The position numbers and the translations under genes were made by a program. The notes beneath the pieces were generated by a model. The model searched no databases. It was not told the origin of the DNA and was given only the letters and a program-made list of their open reading frames with translations. From positions 124,001 through 188,000 of IMG/VR virus record IMGVR_UViG_3300035212_003113: a stretch of DNA of 64,000 bases; one strand, given 5' to 3'. Positions 1-9,986 of the stretch are shown here, piece by piece (position 1 is the first letter of the stretch; each line of letters opens with the position of its first letter).

Positions 1-2
1 TG

Positions 3-164
3 GAGCACGAGATTGACCCGCTTGTCAATCGAACCTATGAAAAGATTGGTACGGAGCTGGTAAATGGTGATGTGCAGACTCTACAGAATCTGGTCGGCGA
101 CCAGAAGATGAAGGACACCTTTTACGAGGACGACACTTGGGTCGACCCGCTGGACATGCCCTGA
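3..164 (+). CDS. 3' end of a hypothetical protein (partial, enters from left edge)
   Basis: Open frame EHEIDPLVNRTYEKIG...WVDPLDMP ending TGA at 162-164, 1 nt before next ATG. Confidence 0.6.
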   Translation, partial: EHEIDPLVNRTYEKIGTELVNGDVQTLQNLVGDQKMKDTFYEDDTWVDPLDMP

Positions 165-165
165 T

Positions 166-609
166 ATGATAGATGCTAAGAGATTGCACAAGTATCTTTA
201 TCTTGCGGACGTGGCAGTCTGCTGTGATATATGCGGAAAAGATACTTGGACTTGCACCCTACCAGAGAATGAAATCTTCGTAGAGCATCGCTGGCACCAT
301 GCCACCTGTCCGCTTCAAGGAAGAGCAGATGTCTATAGCGACTGGGGAGGTCATCTTGATCCGGAAGTTGCCCCATGGAGCGGCAAGGTTGTGCTGAGTG
401 CTAGGTTTGACCAAGGCAAACGCATTCATACACTGTGGCTAGAGACACATGATTCAAAGCGCTATCGTATAGTTCCTATTTCAGAGTTCGGATTGTATGA
501 CGCAGACCCTTGCTTGCTTGACGGCAAAGATGTGCATATAGTCGGCAGCCTTGTTAACAACGAAACAATTTACTACTCAATGATGATGCAGAGGTTTGAA
601 CATGAGTGA
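166..609 (+). CDS. hypothetical protein, Cys/His-containing
   Basis: 147-aa ORF tightly packed between neighbours; CCDIC and HATCP could bind metal. Confidence 0.6.
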   Translation: MIDAKRLHKYLYLADVAVCCDICGKDTWTCTLPENEIFVEHRWHHATCPLQGRADVYSDWGGHLDPEVAPWSGKVVLSARFDQGKRIHTLWLETHDSKRYRIVPISEFGLYDADPCLLDGKDVHIVGSLVNNETIYYSMMMQRFEHE

Positions 610-1114
610 TCAGGAAACACCGGTTTTTCATTTTTGTCGATCAACGCTTAGCCCACACATCGATGCTTCTTTTCTACCCAAGAAGCAGAATAATGGCGAC
701 GCCGGATTTGATGTACGCGCAGTAATCCTGGATGATAATGGCGAGCCGGGATCAATTGCTCTTCAGCCAGATCAGGCTGTCAAAATTGATCTCGGTATTC
801 GAGTGATTGCTCCTCCTGGCTGGTGGCTTCAGCTAAATCCGCGTAGCAGTACATTTGCCAAACTGCATCTTGCCTGCCTTGTTGGCGTTGTCGACAACGG
901 CTATGAAGGACCTATGATGTTGGCTGGCAAGTATCTGCCGCCGTCAAATGAAACGATTACGATTAAACACGGTGATCGAATTGGTCAGCTCATTCCGATG
1001 CGACTCGAGCAGATGGATGCTCGCTGGGTATCGGAAGAAGAGTTTGACCTACTAAGCCGCTCGCGTAACAATACTCGCGGCACAGGCGGATTCGGCAGCA
1101 GCGGAACGAACTGA
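602..1114 (+). CDS. dut: trimeric dUTPase
   Basis: All five motifs: AGFDV, PRSS, GVVDNGYEG, GDRIGQL, RGTGGFGSSG. Confidence 0.95.
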   Translation: MSDQETPVFHFCRSTLSPHIDASFLPKKQNNGDAGFDVRAVILDDNGEPGSIALQPDQAVKIDLGIRVIAPPGWWLQLNPRSSTFAKLHLACLVGVVDNGYEGPMMLAGKYLPPSNETITIKHGDRIGQLIPMRLEQMDARWVSEEEFDLLSRSRNNTRGTGGFGSSGTN

Positions 1115-1131
1115 AGGGACAAGGCAGGAAG

Positions 1132-2703
1132 TTGAAACCACTCAAAGAGCATTATCCATTTCCTGCCTTTCGCCCTGGCGTAGAGGAGCTGCTTGACGCG
1201 CTAGACAGCAGCGAGCAAAAGAAATACTTTATTATACGCGGCAGAACAGGGTCAGGCAAAAGCGCAATTTCAGTTGCACTTTCGCGAAAGTACGAAGCAC
1301 ACATCCTAACTGCCACTAAGCTCCTACAGGACCAGTATTCAGGCACTCCTGTATTCAATGCGGAGTTCGTGCTCAAAGGCAAGAGCAATTATTCTTGTAC
1401 TATTTCTGGCGGCAGCATGTCTGATGCGCCATGTGGTAGCAGGAAGCTGCTTCAGCTAGGTAAGGCAAAATACAGCTTGCCGGAGAATACGCAGGCCGAG
1501 TTGCGACAGGCATGTGCCAAAAATAACAGGTGCGAGTATTACCAGAAAAAGTATGCACTGCCGCATACAGCTGGCGGGATCCTGAACTATGACCTGGCAT
1601 TTTCTAGCGCCTTTACCGGAAAAGCTATTATCCTTGACGAAGCACATAACTTCATCGACAAGGTGCTGGACTTCTATTCTCTAGAGATTCCTGTAAAACG
1701 CATCGTCTCGCTGCTTAAAATAAAAGACCTGCCAAATCAAACCAATTACGCTGACTGGCTAAAGCGTGTTCGCGGTGCTGCGGCTATCCGTGCCGAAGTA
1801 TCATCTGATGCAAAAACAATCGAGCAGTGTAAGCAGATCGCAGACCGAGTATCTGCCATTCTACAGGAGGCGCGCCTGCCAGGCGACTTCTATGTAGACT
1901 CAGAAAACGAAAAGGTGCAGATTAAACCAATCTATCCGCATAGCATTGCGCATAAATTTTTGTCGCGCTTTGAAAAGATCTTTTTTCTTTCAGCCACAAT
2001 AGACGCAAAGTTTGCAGAAGTACTTGGCCTTGAGCCCGAGCGCACAGCAGAATTTAATCTAGAGTCCAGCTTTCCACTTGAAAATCGGCCTATTTACTTT
2101 CCGAAAGACATACCTACGATCAACTACTCTACCAAGTTTGATCGCAGCCTGCCTTGTATCCAGTTGCTTGATTCAATTCTAGAGCGGCATCAGGGCCAAC
2201 GCGGAATTATACACACCTCGAATTATCGAGTATTTAATGCGCTACAGCTAATGTACGGCACAAATAAGCGCTTTACTTGGGTCGAACAGGGTGCCAATAA
2301 AAGCCTGGCGCTATCGGCGCATCGGGCACAACCAGACTCTGTATTAGTAAGTCCTTCCATGATGGAAGGCGTAGACCTTGCAGGCGATCTAGGCAGGTTT
2401 CAGGTTATTCTAAAACTGCCGTTTCCAGCCCGTTCGGACTACATGGAAGCGCTAAATAACGCCATGCCAGGTATCTATGAAATGGCAACCCGTAATGCTC
2501 TAGTGCAGGCATATGGTCGCGCGGTAAGATCAGATGATGACTGGGCTCATACTTATGTGCTGGACGGTAGCTTGCGATTTATGCTTGAAAGTATCGATTC
2601 ATATTTTGCTAAAGCAGTACGCATGGGTTCATGGGAAAAGCTCAAGGGAGCTTTGCAGTCTGGTGCTATTGGCCAAGATATAAAAGCAAAGCAGGAGAAG
2701 TGA
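1132..2703 (+). CDS. DinG/XPD-family SF2 helicase with putative Fe-S cluster
   Basis: GRTGSGKS Walker A, LKGKSNYSC plus three more Cys, DEAH, LSAT, EGVDL, QAYGRAVRSDDD. Confidence 0.9.
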   Translation: MKPLKEHYPFPAFRPGVEELLDALDSSEQKKYFIIRGRTGSGKSAISVALSRKYEAHILTATKLLQDQYSGTPVFNAEFVLKGKSNYSCTISGGSMSDAPCGSRKLLQLGKAKYSLPENTQAELRQACAKNNRCEYYQKKYALPHTAGGILNYDLAFSSAFTGKAIILDEAHNFIDKVLDFYSLEIPVKRIVSLLKIKDLPNQTNYADWLKRVRGAAAIRAEVSSDAKTIEQCKQIADRVSAILQEARLPGDFYVDSENEKVQIKPIYPHSIAHKFLSRFEKIFFLSATIDAKFAEVLGLEPERTAEFNLESSFPLENRPIYFPKDIPTINYSTKFDRSLPCIQLLDSILERHQGQRGIIHTSNYRVFNALQLMYGTNKRFTWVEQGANKSLALSAHRAQPDSVLVSPSMMEGVDLAGDLGRFQVILKLPFPARSDYMEALNNAMPGIYEMATRNALVQAYGRAVRSDDDWAHTYVLDGSLRFMLESIDSYFAKAVRMGSWEKLKGALQSGAIGQDIKAKQEK

Positions 2704-4007
2704 TGGCAGAGAAAAATTTCTTGGACAAGCTAAAGCAGAAGGCCGGCGAAGTATTAGGTCACCCGTATTTGCAGCAGGCTTCGTCGCTGGGAAATAATCT
2801 GCTTGAAATTACTGCTAATCTCACGCACAATAAAAATCCGCTCAGCATTGGATCTGCTGTGCTTGCTGGAGCAAATGTAATTGCGGATGCCCTGAACGTC
2901 GAATTCACCAATCCTATAAACTTCTACGCATCAAAGCACGACCTGCGCGTACATGACGGACACCTTCACAAGCTCCTGTTGCGCTCCGGAGTTACCAGCC
3001 AATTCCCGCTCGCAACTGTTCTTAAGTATGATACAATGAGTTTTGTAAAGCTGGCTTTTAGCGAAGAGTCGGCCATGTACTGGATTAAGCAAGTGCCACA
3101 GGTAAAGTCGTATGACGTCTATGCTGCGACAGACGAATCTGCAAATCAATACTGGGTTAGTCCTAATTTCGACAGCTCATTGGTACACAATTTTCTGTGG
3201 AGTAAGTTTAAAAACGGCATAAATCTATCCTATGGCAGCTCTGCTGATGATCATTCAGGACTAGACGTAGAAATCTCAGAGCTTCCAGACCTAGGGACAT
3301 ATACCGAGCTAACCGAGCGGTCTGCTGCGGAAATGGTCGACTACATCAAGCTTTCAAAGAGCATTGGAATAAGCCGCAGCTTCCTGCTGTACGGCAAGCC
3401 TGGAACTGGCAAGACAAGCTGGACCGAGCAGATCGCGAAGTCATTCGGTAGCCGGCTTGTCAAGGTAGACTCCTCATTCTTAGAGCAAGTAGATAATAAA
3501 GAGATTGAGCAGATCCTGTCGCTGCTTAAGCCAGAGCTGGTACTGTTTGACGATTTTGATCGGGTTGATTTCGAAGAATTCGAAGGCAAGTTCCTCTATA
3601 TAACCGAGAACTTAAAGCGCAAATATCCTAATATTGCGTTCTTTGCTACCGCCAACAACACCGAGGTCATTGGCGAAGCTCTTATGCGACCAGGCCGTTT
3701 TGATGAGAAGTACGAGTTCTCTTGCCCAACATCAAAAGCTTGCCTAGAGATAATGGACGTTTACGCTAAGAATCTTGGCGTGCAAATTGATGCTGCGGAT
3801 GCCATGCTAGCGATATCAAAATACAGCCTTACTCCGGCAGAGTGCAAGGAGATAGTTCTGCGGTTGCGCCTACGCCCCGGCCTCAAGATAAAGGCGATAG
3901 TTGCAGATCTTAAGAAGTTTGAGATCACTGACGACAATGACGGTGAGCCCTTGCCAGAGCAAGGCGCAAAAAAGCGCGGTCGCCCGCGAAAGAACCCAGA
4001 AGAATGA
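2703..4007 (+). CDS. classical AAA+ ATPase with unique N-terminal domain
   Basis: GKPGTGKT Walker A, LFDDFD Walker B, ATAN sensor 1, RPGRFD; ATG 2703 overlaps upstream stop. Confidence 0.88.
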   Translation: MAEKNFLDKLKQKAGEVLGHPYLQQASSLGNNLLEITANLTHNKNPLSIGSAVLAGANVIADALNVEFTNPINFYASKHDLRVHDGHLHKLLLRSGVTSQFPLATVLKYDTMSFVKLAFSEESAMYWIKQVPQVKSYDVYAATDESANQYWVSPNFDSSLVHNFLWSKFKNGINLSYGSSADDHSGLDVEISELPDLGTYTELTERSAAEMVDYIKLSKSIGISRSFLLYGKPGTGKTSWTEQIAKSFGSRLVKVDSSFLEQVDNKEIEQILSLLKPELVLFDDFDRVDFEEFEGKFLYITENLKRKYPNIAFFATANNTEVIGEALMRPGRFDEKYEFSCPTSKACLEIMDVYAKNLGVQIDAADAMLAISKYSLTPAECKEIVLRLRLRPGLKIKAIVADLKKFEITDDNDGEPLPEQGAKKRGRPRKNPEE

Positions 4008-5077
4008 AAAAGATTAATTTTGTATCTCCTATAAAGACCCAGATGGGATATGCCCAGATGGCTCGTCTTATCTGGCCTGCACTAAAGCAGGCGGGTCAGG
4101 TCGGATGCCATGACATAGATATGCAAACCACGGGCGCCGAATTAGGGCCTGTTAATCGCGAAATGCTTGCCGCCAAATTTAACAGCAGCCCTGATGTTAC
4201 CATAGTTAACATGGTACCAGTATTGTGGCGGCGACTGGCTGGACAGAGCAGGAATATAGGCTATACCACATTTGAAGCCGACAGCATTCCGCGCGACTGG
4301 ACACAGACTATAAACTCTTTTGACTGCTGCTGGACAACATCTGAGTGGAACAAGTCAGTCATGGAGAACTCTGGAGTACTTAAGCCAATCCGCGTTGTCA
4401 CTCCTATCGCTGAGGCACCGGCTGTAACTGCGCCAGAGGAAGAAAAATTTACCTTCTTAGCTTCATTCCAGTGGAGTGAGCGCAAGAATCCCGGCGCGCT
4501 TATAAAGGCATTCTGCGCTGCATTTAATGGCAGCCCGGATGTGCGACTAGTAATTAAGACGCACGTAAGCTCTAATGCAGCTGCATCGAGTACTGCCGTG
4601 CAAAAAGATATTGCATCTTTGCTGTCTGGCATACAGACTCGCAAACCTCCAGATATAAAAGTAAACTGCAATATCGAGTCGGCCGCCAGCATCCAAAAGC
4701 TTAATGCTTCGTCGCATGCTCATTTTAGCATGTCTCATGGAGAAGGCTGGGGGCTTCCTGCATGGGAAGCGGCTCTAGCTGGCAAGCCGGTAATAGCTCC
4801 AGGTTGGTCGGCAACATCTGAGTGGCTTGGTAGCAACTATCCGTACAAGGTGCGATATAATATGACTCCGGTATCTGGAGTTAGCCGAGAGATCTCTCCA
4901 TTCTTTGATATCTCAATGAGCTGGGCAGAGCCACACATTGATGATGCTGTAGACAAGCTGCGATATGTGGTAAAGAACTATTCGACAGCAGCCGAAGTTG
5001 CACGGCAGCGTGCGGCAGAGCTGCTGCAAGAATACAGTGAAGAACGTACGCTGTCCGCTATAATCAATAGCATCTGA
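4004..5077 (+). CDS. GT-B fold glycosyltransferase (GT4-like)
   Basis: GYAQMAR, TTFEAD, RKN, SHGEGWGLPAWEA (EX7E motif). Confidence 0.88.
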   Translation: MKKINFVSPIKTQMGYAQMARLIWPALKQAGQVGCHDIDMQTTGAELGPVNREMLAAKFNSSPDVTIVNMVPVLWRRLAGQSRNIGYTTFEADSIPRDWTQTINSFDCCWTTSEWNKSVMENSGVLKPIRVVTPIAEAPAVTAPEEEKFTFLASFQWSERKNPGALIKAFCAAFNGSPDVRLVIKTHVSSNAAASSTAVQKDIASLLSGIQTRKPPDIKVNCNIESAASIQKLNASSHAHFSMSHGEGWGLPAWEAALAGKPVIAPGWSATSEWLGSNYPYKVRYNMTPVSGVSREISPFFDISMSWAEPHIDDAVDKLRYVVKNYSTAAEVARQRAAELLQEYSEERTLSAIINSI

Positions 5078-5087
5078 CTGGAGATAT

Positions 5088-5771
5088 ATGAACCTGGCCA
5101 TGACAATGACGGCATTTCGCCGAGCAGATTACCTAAAGACTGTTCTTAAAAGCCTAGAGGGCAATTCTGGCACAGAAGACTATGTCCTGCATTTTGGCGT
5201 AGAACCGGTTGACCAGAACGTCATCAATGTATGTAGAGGCGTAAGCTTTATGCGTACGGTTACAACCGTAAATCCCGAGCGTCTAGGAGTACTCAAGAAT
5301 CCATTCGAGCTGCTGCGCCGCACATTTGACACTGGCGCTGACGGAGTGTTATATCTAGAGGATGACGTCGTACTTAGTCCAGATGCAGTTGCAATGGCTT
5401 CTTGGTATTTCAATCATCCTGCTGCAAACAACTATATCTGTCTAAATCTATATAACCACGACAGTGTACCAGGAGCTGATCCAGCCGCTCTATTTGGCGG
5501 AGATAAATTCTCTGCCCTTGGTATCGGCATTACGCGCCATCAGTGGAAGACGCATTTCGAGCCAAACTGGGAAAAGGATAAGCGCGGCTGGGACTTCAGC
5601 ATTACCGGCTTGCTTTCAAGCGGCATGAAGGTATTGCAGCCCCGCTACTCCCGATCACACCATATCGGTCGCGAAGGCGGAATCCATTACCGAGCAGTGC
5701 TTCATGACAAGATGTATGTGAACAATGCTCTGTGGACTGGAAACGTCAGCGACTTTAAGATCGAGGAGTGA
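5088..5771 (+). CDS. GT-A fold glycosyltransferase
   Basis: AFRRADYL N-terminus, YLEDDVVLSPD DxD-type motif, GWD, RSHHIG. Confidence 0.8.
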   Translation: MNLAMTMTAFRRADYLKTVLKSLEGNSGTEDYVLHFGVEPVDQNVINVCRGVSFMRTVTTVNPERLGVLKNPFELLRRTFDTGADGVLYLEDDVVLSPDAVAMASWYFNHPAANNYICLNLYNHDSVPGADPAALFGGDKFSALGIGITRHQWKTHFEPNWEKDKRGWDFSITGLLSSGMKVLQPRYSRSHHIGREGGIHYRAVLHDKMYVNNALWTGNVSDFKIEE

Positions 5772-5774
5772 GGA

Positions 5775-6338
5775 ATGAAAGGCGAAGTAATTCCATTTGG
5801 GCAGATCGCTCCTGACAAGCTAGTGGAAAAAACCCTTGTAGGTCTTGAGGCCGAGAAAGGTCGCTTCGAACTACACGAGGTGGTGACAAAGGTTGCTACA
5901 GGTCAAGATCACGCCGACATGCTAATCTGCCGCTCCTTTATAGAGCCAGACAAGATAAAGACGATTAGCTTCTGGACTGACCTTGAAAAGCAGATTTTTC
6001 TACCAGAAAAGGCCGCCAGCATCTCCGACTTTGTTTTCGTTGCGCCGCTGAATACATCTGCTTTAGCTAGCGATGCAGCACAAGCTGATCTGTCTAATGT
6101 AATCCTACGCGGAGAAAAAGCGCTTGTGTATTATGCTGAAAAGACCATGTCTAGTGGACGCATTAAGTTTGCCCTCATTCAGCAGACTGGCAAAAACTTC
6201 GAGCTATATGAGCTGATGTCTGGTGCAGTACCTCGTCGCAGCAATCCTATTAAGTTGTACACCAAGTATGATGTTGAGTGCAACACAAAGCGCCTCTCCA
6301 AGCTTGGCTACAAAGAAAAGCAACTGCACGCCAAATGA
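5775..6338 (+). CDS. hypothetical protein, possible degenerate WGR-like C-terminal domain
   Basis: RBS GAGG; C-terminus KFALIQ...KRLSKLGYKE resembles a WGR domain end. Confidence 0.55.
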   Translation: MKGEVIPFGQIAPDKLVEKTLVGLEAEKGRFELHEVVTKVATGQDHADMLICRSFIEPDKIKTISFWTDLEKQIFLPEKAASISDFVFVAPLNTSALASDAAQADLSNVILRGEKALVYYAEKTMSSGRIKFALIQQTGKNFELYELMSGAVPRRSNPIKLYTKYDVECNTKRLSKLGYKEKQLHAK

Positions 6339-6946
6339 AGCTCGAGTTATACATAATCAGATATGGCAGCCGAGAAGAGTTGCTAGATTCAGAGCATTCT
6401 GATGTATGTGTAACAATCGTCATGGCCCTACCACCAGAAATACGCGCTAGGATTAGCGGAGTAGGACCAAGCTGGACGAGTAGTAGTGGAGATGGCAACG
6501 TTGAATTGCGTTTTTCTCCTGGCACATTTATAGTCAGCCGCGTAGACAGGAATATATTTGTACCGTTTTTTCTAGAGGATGCAGGTAGTTTTGGTTTGCT
6601 CCGCTGGCAAATGGCAAGATATGCTCGCACCGGATTATGGATTGAGCCACGAGAAGGCATCAATTCTAGCACACTAGGATTTAGGACTCCGCATTCAAAA
6701 TGGGAACGAGTGGAGATGTTTGCCCTGGTAGGTGCTGCTCCACTTATTTTTCCACTGTTAGTACTAGCTGACAATGTTTTAAAAACAGTCAGAAGGATAA
6801 CTGGCTATTTTAAAAACGCGTTGCGCCGGGCGCTACCAACGCGCGCGCCCGCGCGGGCGCGCGGCGGGGCGGCGGCGGCGGCGGGGCCGCGCGCGGGGCG
6901 CGGGGGCGGGGGCGCCCGGCGCCGAACTTGGCAAGATATAAAATGA
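6335..6946 (+). CDS. hypothetical protein, possible membrane helix; 3' end runs through a GC-only tract
   Basis: ATGA overlap with upstream gene; hydrophobic FALVGAAPLIFPLLVLA; true end uncertain. Confidence 0.4.
   Translation: MKLELYIIRYGSREELLDSEHSDVCVTIVMALPPEIRARISGVGPSWTSSSGDGNVELRFSPGTFIVSRVDRNIFVPFFLEDAGSFGLLRWQMARYARTGLWIEPREGINSSTLGFRTPHSKWERVEMFALVGAAPLIFPLLVLADNVLKTVRRITGYFKNALRRALPTRAPARARGGAAAAAGPRAGRGGGGARRRTWQDIK
6840..6924. repeat. G/C-only low-complexity tract with 22-bp perfect palindrome and G-runs
   Basis: cgcgcgcccgcgcgggcgcgcg followed by (ggc)n and five runs of at least 4 G. Confidence 0.8.
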
Positions 6947-6954
6947 GGTTTAAT

Positions 6955-8058
6955 GTGAGTGAAGCTTTTTCAATGCCATCTCTTTATTCTAGGACTGAGA
7001 CCGGTGCCGTCCAGGTTTGGATTGTAGAGGTCGAAGACAATCGCTTTAGAACAATCAGTGGCCAACTAGAGGGCAAGAAGATCACTTCAGAATGGACTGT
7101 CTGCCACGGCAAGAACACTGGTCGCAAGAATGCTACAACAGATGATCAGCAGGCACAGGCAGAAGCGGCTGCAAAGTGGAAAAAGAAGCTAGAGTCGGGC
7201 TACCGCGAATCGGTAGACCAGATTGACCAGCGAGCCTTTATCGAACCGATGCTTGCCAAAAACTACCCGGACTACGCCGACGAGATCCGGTTCCCGGTGT
7301 TCTCCCAGCCAAAGTATGACGGCATCCGCTGTGTGGTAGATGCCTCTTCTATGCGCACCAGGAACGGTAAGGCTATCCTTAGTGCACCCCATATTCAGGC
7401 AGCCCTTGCCCCGATTTTTGAAAAATTTCCAAATTTGGTGCTTGATGGCGAGCTGTACTGCGACAAGCTTGCAAACGACTTTAACAAGATTTGTTCGCTA
7501 GTTAAGAAAACAAAACCAGCGGAAGCTGACCTTGTTGAGAGCGCTGTCAGCATTCAATACTGGATTTATGATATCGCAGACTCCTCTCTAGCATTTTCGC
7601 AGCGAACTGCCTGGATAAAAGACAATATCCCCGCCAGCGATTGCATAAAGATCGTTCCTACTGAGCAAGTAGACGACGCTAGCCGGCTAGATGCACTGTA
7701 CACCAAGTACATGGACGAGGGTTACGAAGGACAGATGGTGCGCCTCGACAGCAAGTACGAGTTCAAGCGCAGTCGCTCGCTCCTAAAGCGCAAGGAATTC
7801 GTTGACGAGGAGTTCAAGATCCTAGGAATTATCGAGGGCGAAGGCAACAAGACCGGCATGGCCGGGTCAATGATCTTTAAAAATGCCGCCGGATCGCAAT
7901 TTAATTCAAACATAAAGGGTGACCGGGAATACCTGCGCAGTCTGCTGCTAAACTCAGGGACAATCGTAGGCAAGCTTGCAACAGTAAAATACTTCAATCT
8001 AACGCCTGATGGCGTGCCGCGTTTTCCTTATGTCGTGGCAATCAGAGATTACGAGTGA
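6955..8058 (+). CDS. ATP-dependent DNA ligase with N-terminal WGR-like domain
   Basis: PMLA, KYDGIR (motif I), LDGELY, IYDI, EGQMVR, LLKRK, RFP. Confidence 0.95.
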   Translation: MSEAFSMPSLYSRTETGAVQVWIVEVEDNRFRTISGQLEGKKITSEWTVCHGKNTGRKNATTDDQQAQAEAAAKWKKKLESGYRESVDQIDQRAFIEPMLAKNYPDYADEIRFPVFSQPKYDGIRCVVDASSMRTRNGKAILSAPHIQAALAPIFEKFPNLVLDGELYCDKLANDFNKICSLVKKTKPAEADLVESAVSIQYWIYDIADSSLAFSQRTAWIKDNIPASDCIKIVPTEQVDDASRLDALYTKYMDEGYEGQMVRLDSKYEFKRSRSLLKRKEFVDEEFKILGIIEGEGNKTGMAGSMIFKNAAGSQFNSNIKGDREYLRSLLLNSGTIVGKLATVKYFNLTPDGVPRFPYVVAIRDYE

Positions 8059-8061
8059 AAC

Positions 8062-8520
8062 ATGAAAATAACTAAAGCATCAACCGCTGGAATTGAATTA
8101 ATCAAGAAATTCGAGTCATTCGTCGCCAAGCCTTATAAGTGCAGCGCCGGAGTGCCAACAATTGGCTACGGTGCAACGTACTATCCGGATGGTCGCAAGG
8201 TGACTCTGAATGATCCGCCCATTAGCGAAGCGTACGCAGTCTCGCTGTTAGAAGAGATGCTGGTTTCATTTGAGAAGTCAGTAGATTCTTTTTGCCGTGA
8301 TGACGTTAATCAGAATCAGTTCGACGCTCTTGTTTGCTTTGCCTATAACATAGGGACGAGCGCTCTAAAAAAGAGCACGCTGTTAAAGAAAGTAAACGAA
8401 AACCCGGCGGATCCTACGATCCGAGCGGAGTTCTTGAAGTGGAACAAGGCTGCTGGGCGAGTGCTAAAGGGCCTAACTCGTCGTCGCGAAGAAGAGGCGG
8501 CGCTCTATTTCAAAGCCTGA
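8062..8520 (+). CDS. GH24 phage lysozyme (endolysin)
   Basis: LIKKFE, GVPTIGYG, NQFDALVCFAYNIG, GLTRRREEE. Confidence 0.93.
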   Translation: MKITKASTAGIELIKKFESFVAKPYKCSAGVPTIGYGATYYPDGRKVTLNDPPISEAYAVSLLEEMLVSFEKSVDSFCRDDVNQNQFDALVCFAYNIGTSALKKSTLLKKVNENPADPTIRAEFLKWNKAAGRVLKGLTRRREEEAALYFKA

Positions 8521-8521
8521 A

Positions 8522-8872
8522 ATGCAAGAAACTGCAGAAATACCGGAGCTGCTAGTACAGGTTGATTGCCCCGTTATTGTCCGGTTTATATCGGACTCTT
8601 TGCATGGCGAAAGTCCTGAGGGAATAGCTCTTGTTGAGCTCCGAGAAATTCCCTGGGAAAACTACTATGCACTTAGGTGTAGCAGCGATGTGCTAGAGGA
8701 AATCCGGCGTCTATCTTCTAAATACGACTTTTGTAAATGGGAATTTGAAGTAAAGAATATAGGCGAGGGCAAGCTTGTTGTCCTCCCAGAACAAGAAATA
8801 GTATGCAAGCAAGAGGATCCAGATGAAAAAAATAACACACAGCTGGCTACAGAAGAACCGAGACTTTCATGA
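8522..8872 (+). CDS. hypothetical protein
   Basis: 116-aa ORF starting 1 nt after the lysozyme stop. Confidence 0.55.
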   Translation: MQETAEIPELLVQVDCPVIVRFISDSLHGESPEGIALVELREIPWENYYALRCSSDVLEEIRRLSSKYDFCKWEFEVKNIGEGKLVVLPEQEIVCKQEDPDEKNNTQLATEEPRLS

Positions 8873-8981
8873 CCGATATGGAATGAAGCCGGTCATTAGC
8901 CGAGCGCCGTGGTACTGGCGTCTATGGTTCGCCGTAACCAATCCAATTACATATGTTTTGTTTGGATTCAAGCGCCTATGA
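8823..8981 (+). CDS. small basic, Trp-rich protein (52 aa; not in ORF track)
   Basis: MKKITHSWLQKNRDFHDRYGMKPVISRAPWYWRLWFAVTNPITYVLFGFKRL; GAGGA upstream; ATGA coupling to next gene. Confidence 0.5.
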   Translation: MKKITHSWLQKNRDFHDRYGMKPVISRAPWYWRLWFAVTNPITYVLFGFKRL

Positions 8982-9409
8982 TGCCCCGTCTTGCACTGCG
9001 CGCAATAGCAGTATCTGCCTGGAAATGGATGCCAGGTATGATGGCTAATGGCCGCATACTTGACTTTAGTCCTGCCGGCAGCACAGTAATAAGAGGCACT
9101 TTTCTAGTTACCGAAGTAGATGGCAATATACCGCGAACCGCTTGGGGATCTCAGGCAATACTAGATGCCTCACCGGTACTGGAAGATCCTGCTACAAAAG
9201 GCTGCTTGCTGCAGCTTGTCCGCAACGCATTCCCAGAGGCGCCTGCTACAACGGATAGCATCCTTGCCTGGTGCAAGGCCGAGCGGCGAGACAGGCACAA
9301 GTGGGTTTGCAATTACAAGAACAATGATGGATTTTGCCAGGCAATTGGCGACACCGAAGAAGAGGCTCTAGTGCTCGCACTAGAGGCTTCTGATGGAGAT
9401 GCAAAATGA
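8978..9409 (+). CDS. phage hypothetical protein
   Basis: WKWMPGM, DPATKGCLLQLVR and TEEEALVLALE pattern recalled from small phage proteins; ATGA coupling at both ends. Confidence 0.65.
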   Translation: MMPRLALRAIAVSAWKWMPGMMANGRILDFSPAGSTVIRGTFLVTEVDGNIPRTAWGSQAILDASPVLEDPATKGCLLQLVRNAFPEAPATTDSILAWCKAERRDRHKWVCNYKNNDGFCQAIGDTEEEALVLALEASDGDAK

Positions 9410-9615
9410 ATAAAGCACCAAACATGTCAGATGATATTGAGCGCATTGCAAAAGAATATTTTCGTGTAGAAACCTTAGATACGCGCCGCAGTGATCGCCT
9501 GGACTTCTATGATGTCGCCGTCTGGAGCATTAAGTCGGCACTGACTGCGGCATATATGGCTGGCGCATCTGCTCGCAAAGACGTTAAAGTTCAGACCGTA
9601 AGCGGTGATGCGTGA
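9406..9615 (+). CDS. DUF6900-like small protein
   Basis: IAKEYFRVETLDTRRSDRLDFYDVAVWSIKSALTAAYMAG matches the family pattern as recalled. Confidence 0.75.
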   Translation: MNKAPNMSDDIERIAKEYFRVETLDTRRSDRLDFYDVAVWSIKSALTAAYMAGASARKDVKVQTVSGDA

Positions 9616-9986
9616 AGCTCGTTTATGTTGCCGGTCCGTATCGTGGCCCATCTACATGGCAGATCGACCGCAACATAAGTGCTGCACGCGAATGGGGTAT
9701 GCTGGTCGCAATGTGCGGAGCATATCCGGTAATTCCTCATTCAAATACTGCTCATTTTGATGGTACACTAGATGACCGATTCTGGCTTGAAGGCACTCTC
9801 GAGTTGCTATCAAGATGCGACGGCAGCATATTCATCCCTGGATGGATCCGGTCTACCGGATCTCGTGGTGAATGGACCTTAGCAGAGCGCATGGGAATTC
9901 CTGCTTTGGATCTAGAAGAAGTAGATCTTGGGTCGTCAATCAAGATACTAACTGGCTGGATTTCTGGCCTAGGTGCTCGCAAATGA
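9612..9986 (+). CDS. DUF4406/DUF1937-like protein (nucleoside deoxyribosyltransferase-like fold)
   Basis: VYVAGPY, PVIPH, LLSRCD, GWIRSTGSRGE. Confidence 0.75.
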   Translation: MKLVYVAGPYRGPSTWQIDRNISAAREWGMLVAMCGAYPVIPHSNTAHFDGTLDDRFWLEGTLELLSRCDGSIFIPGWIRSTGSRGEWTLAERMGIPALDLEEVDLGSSIKILTGWISGLGARK

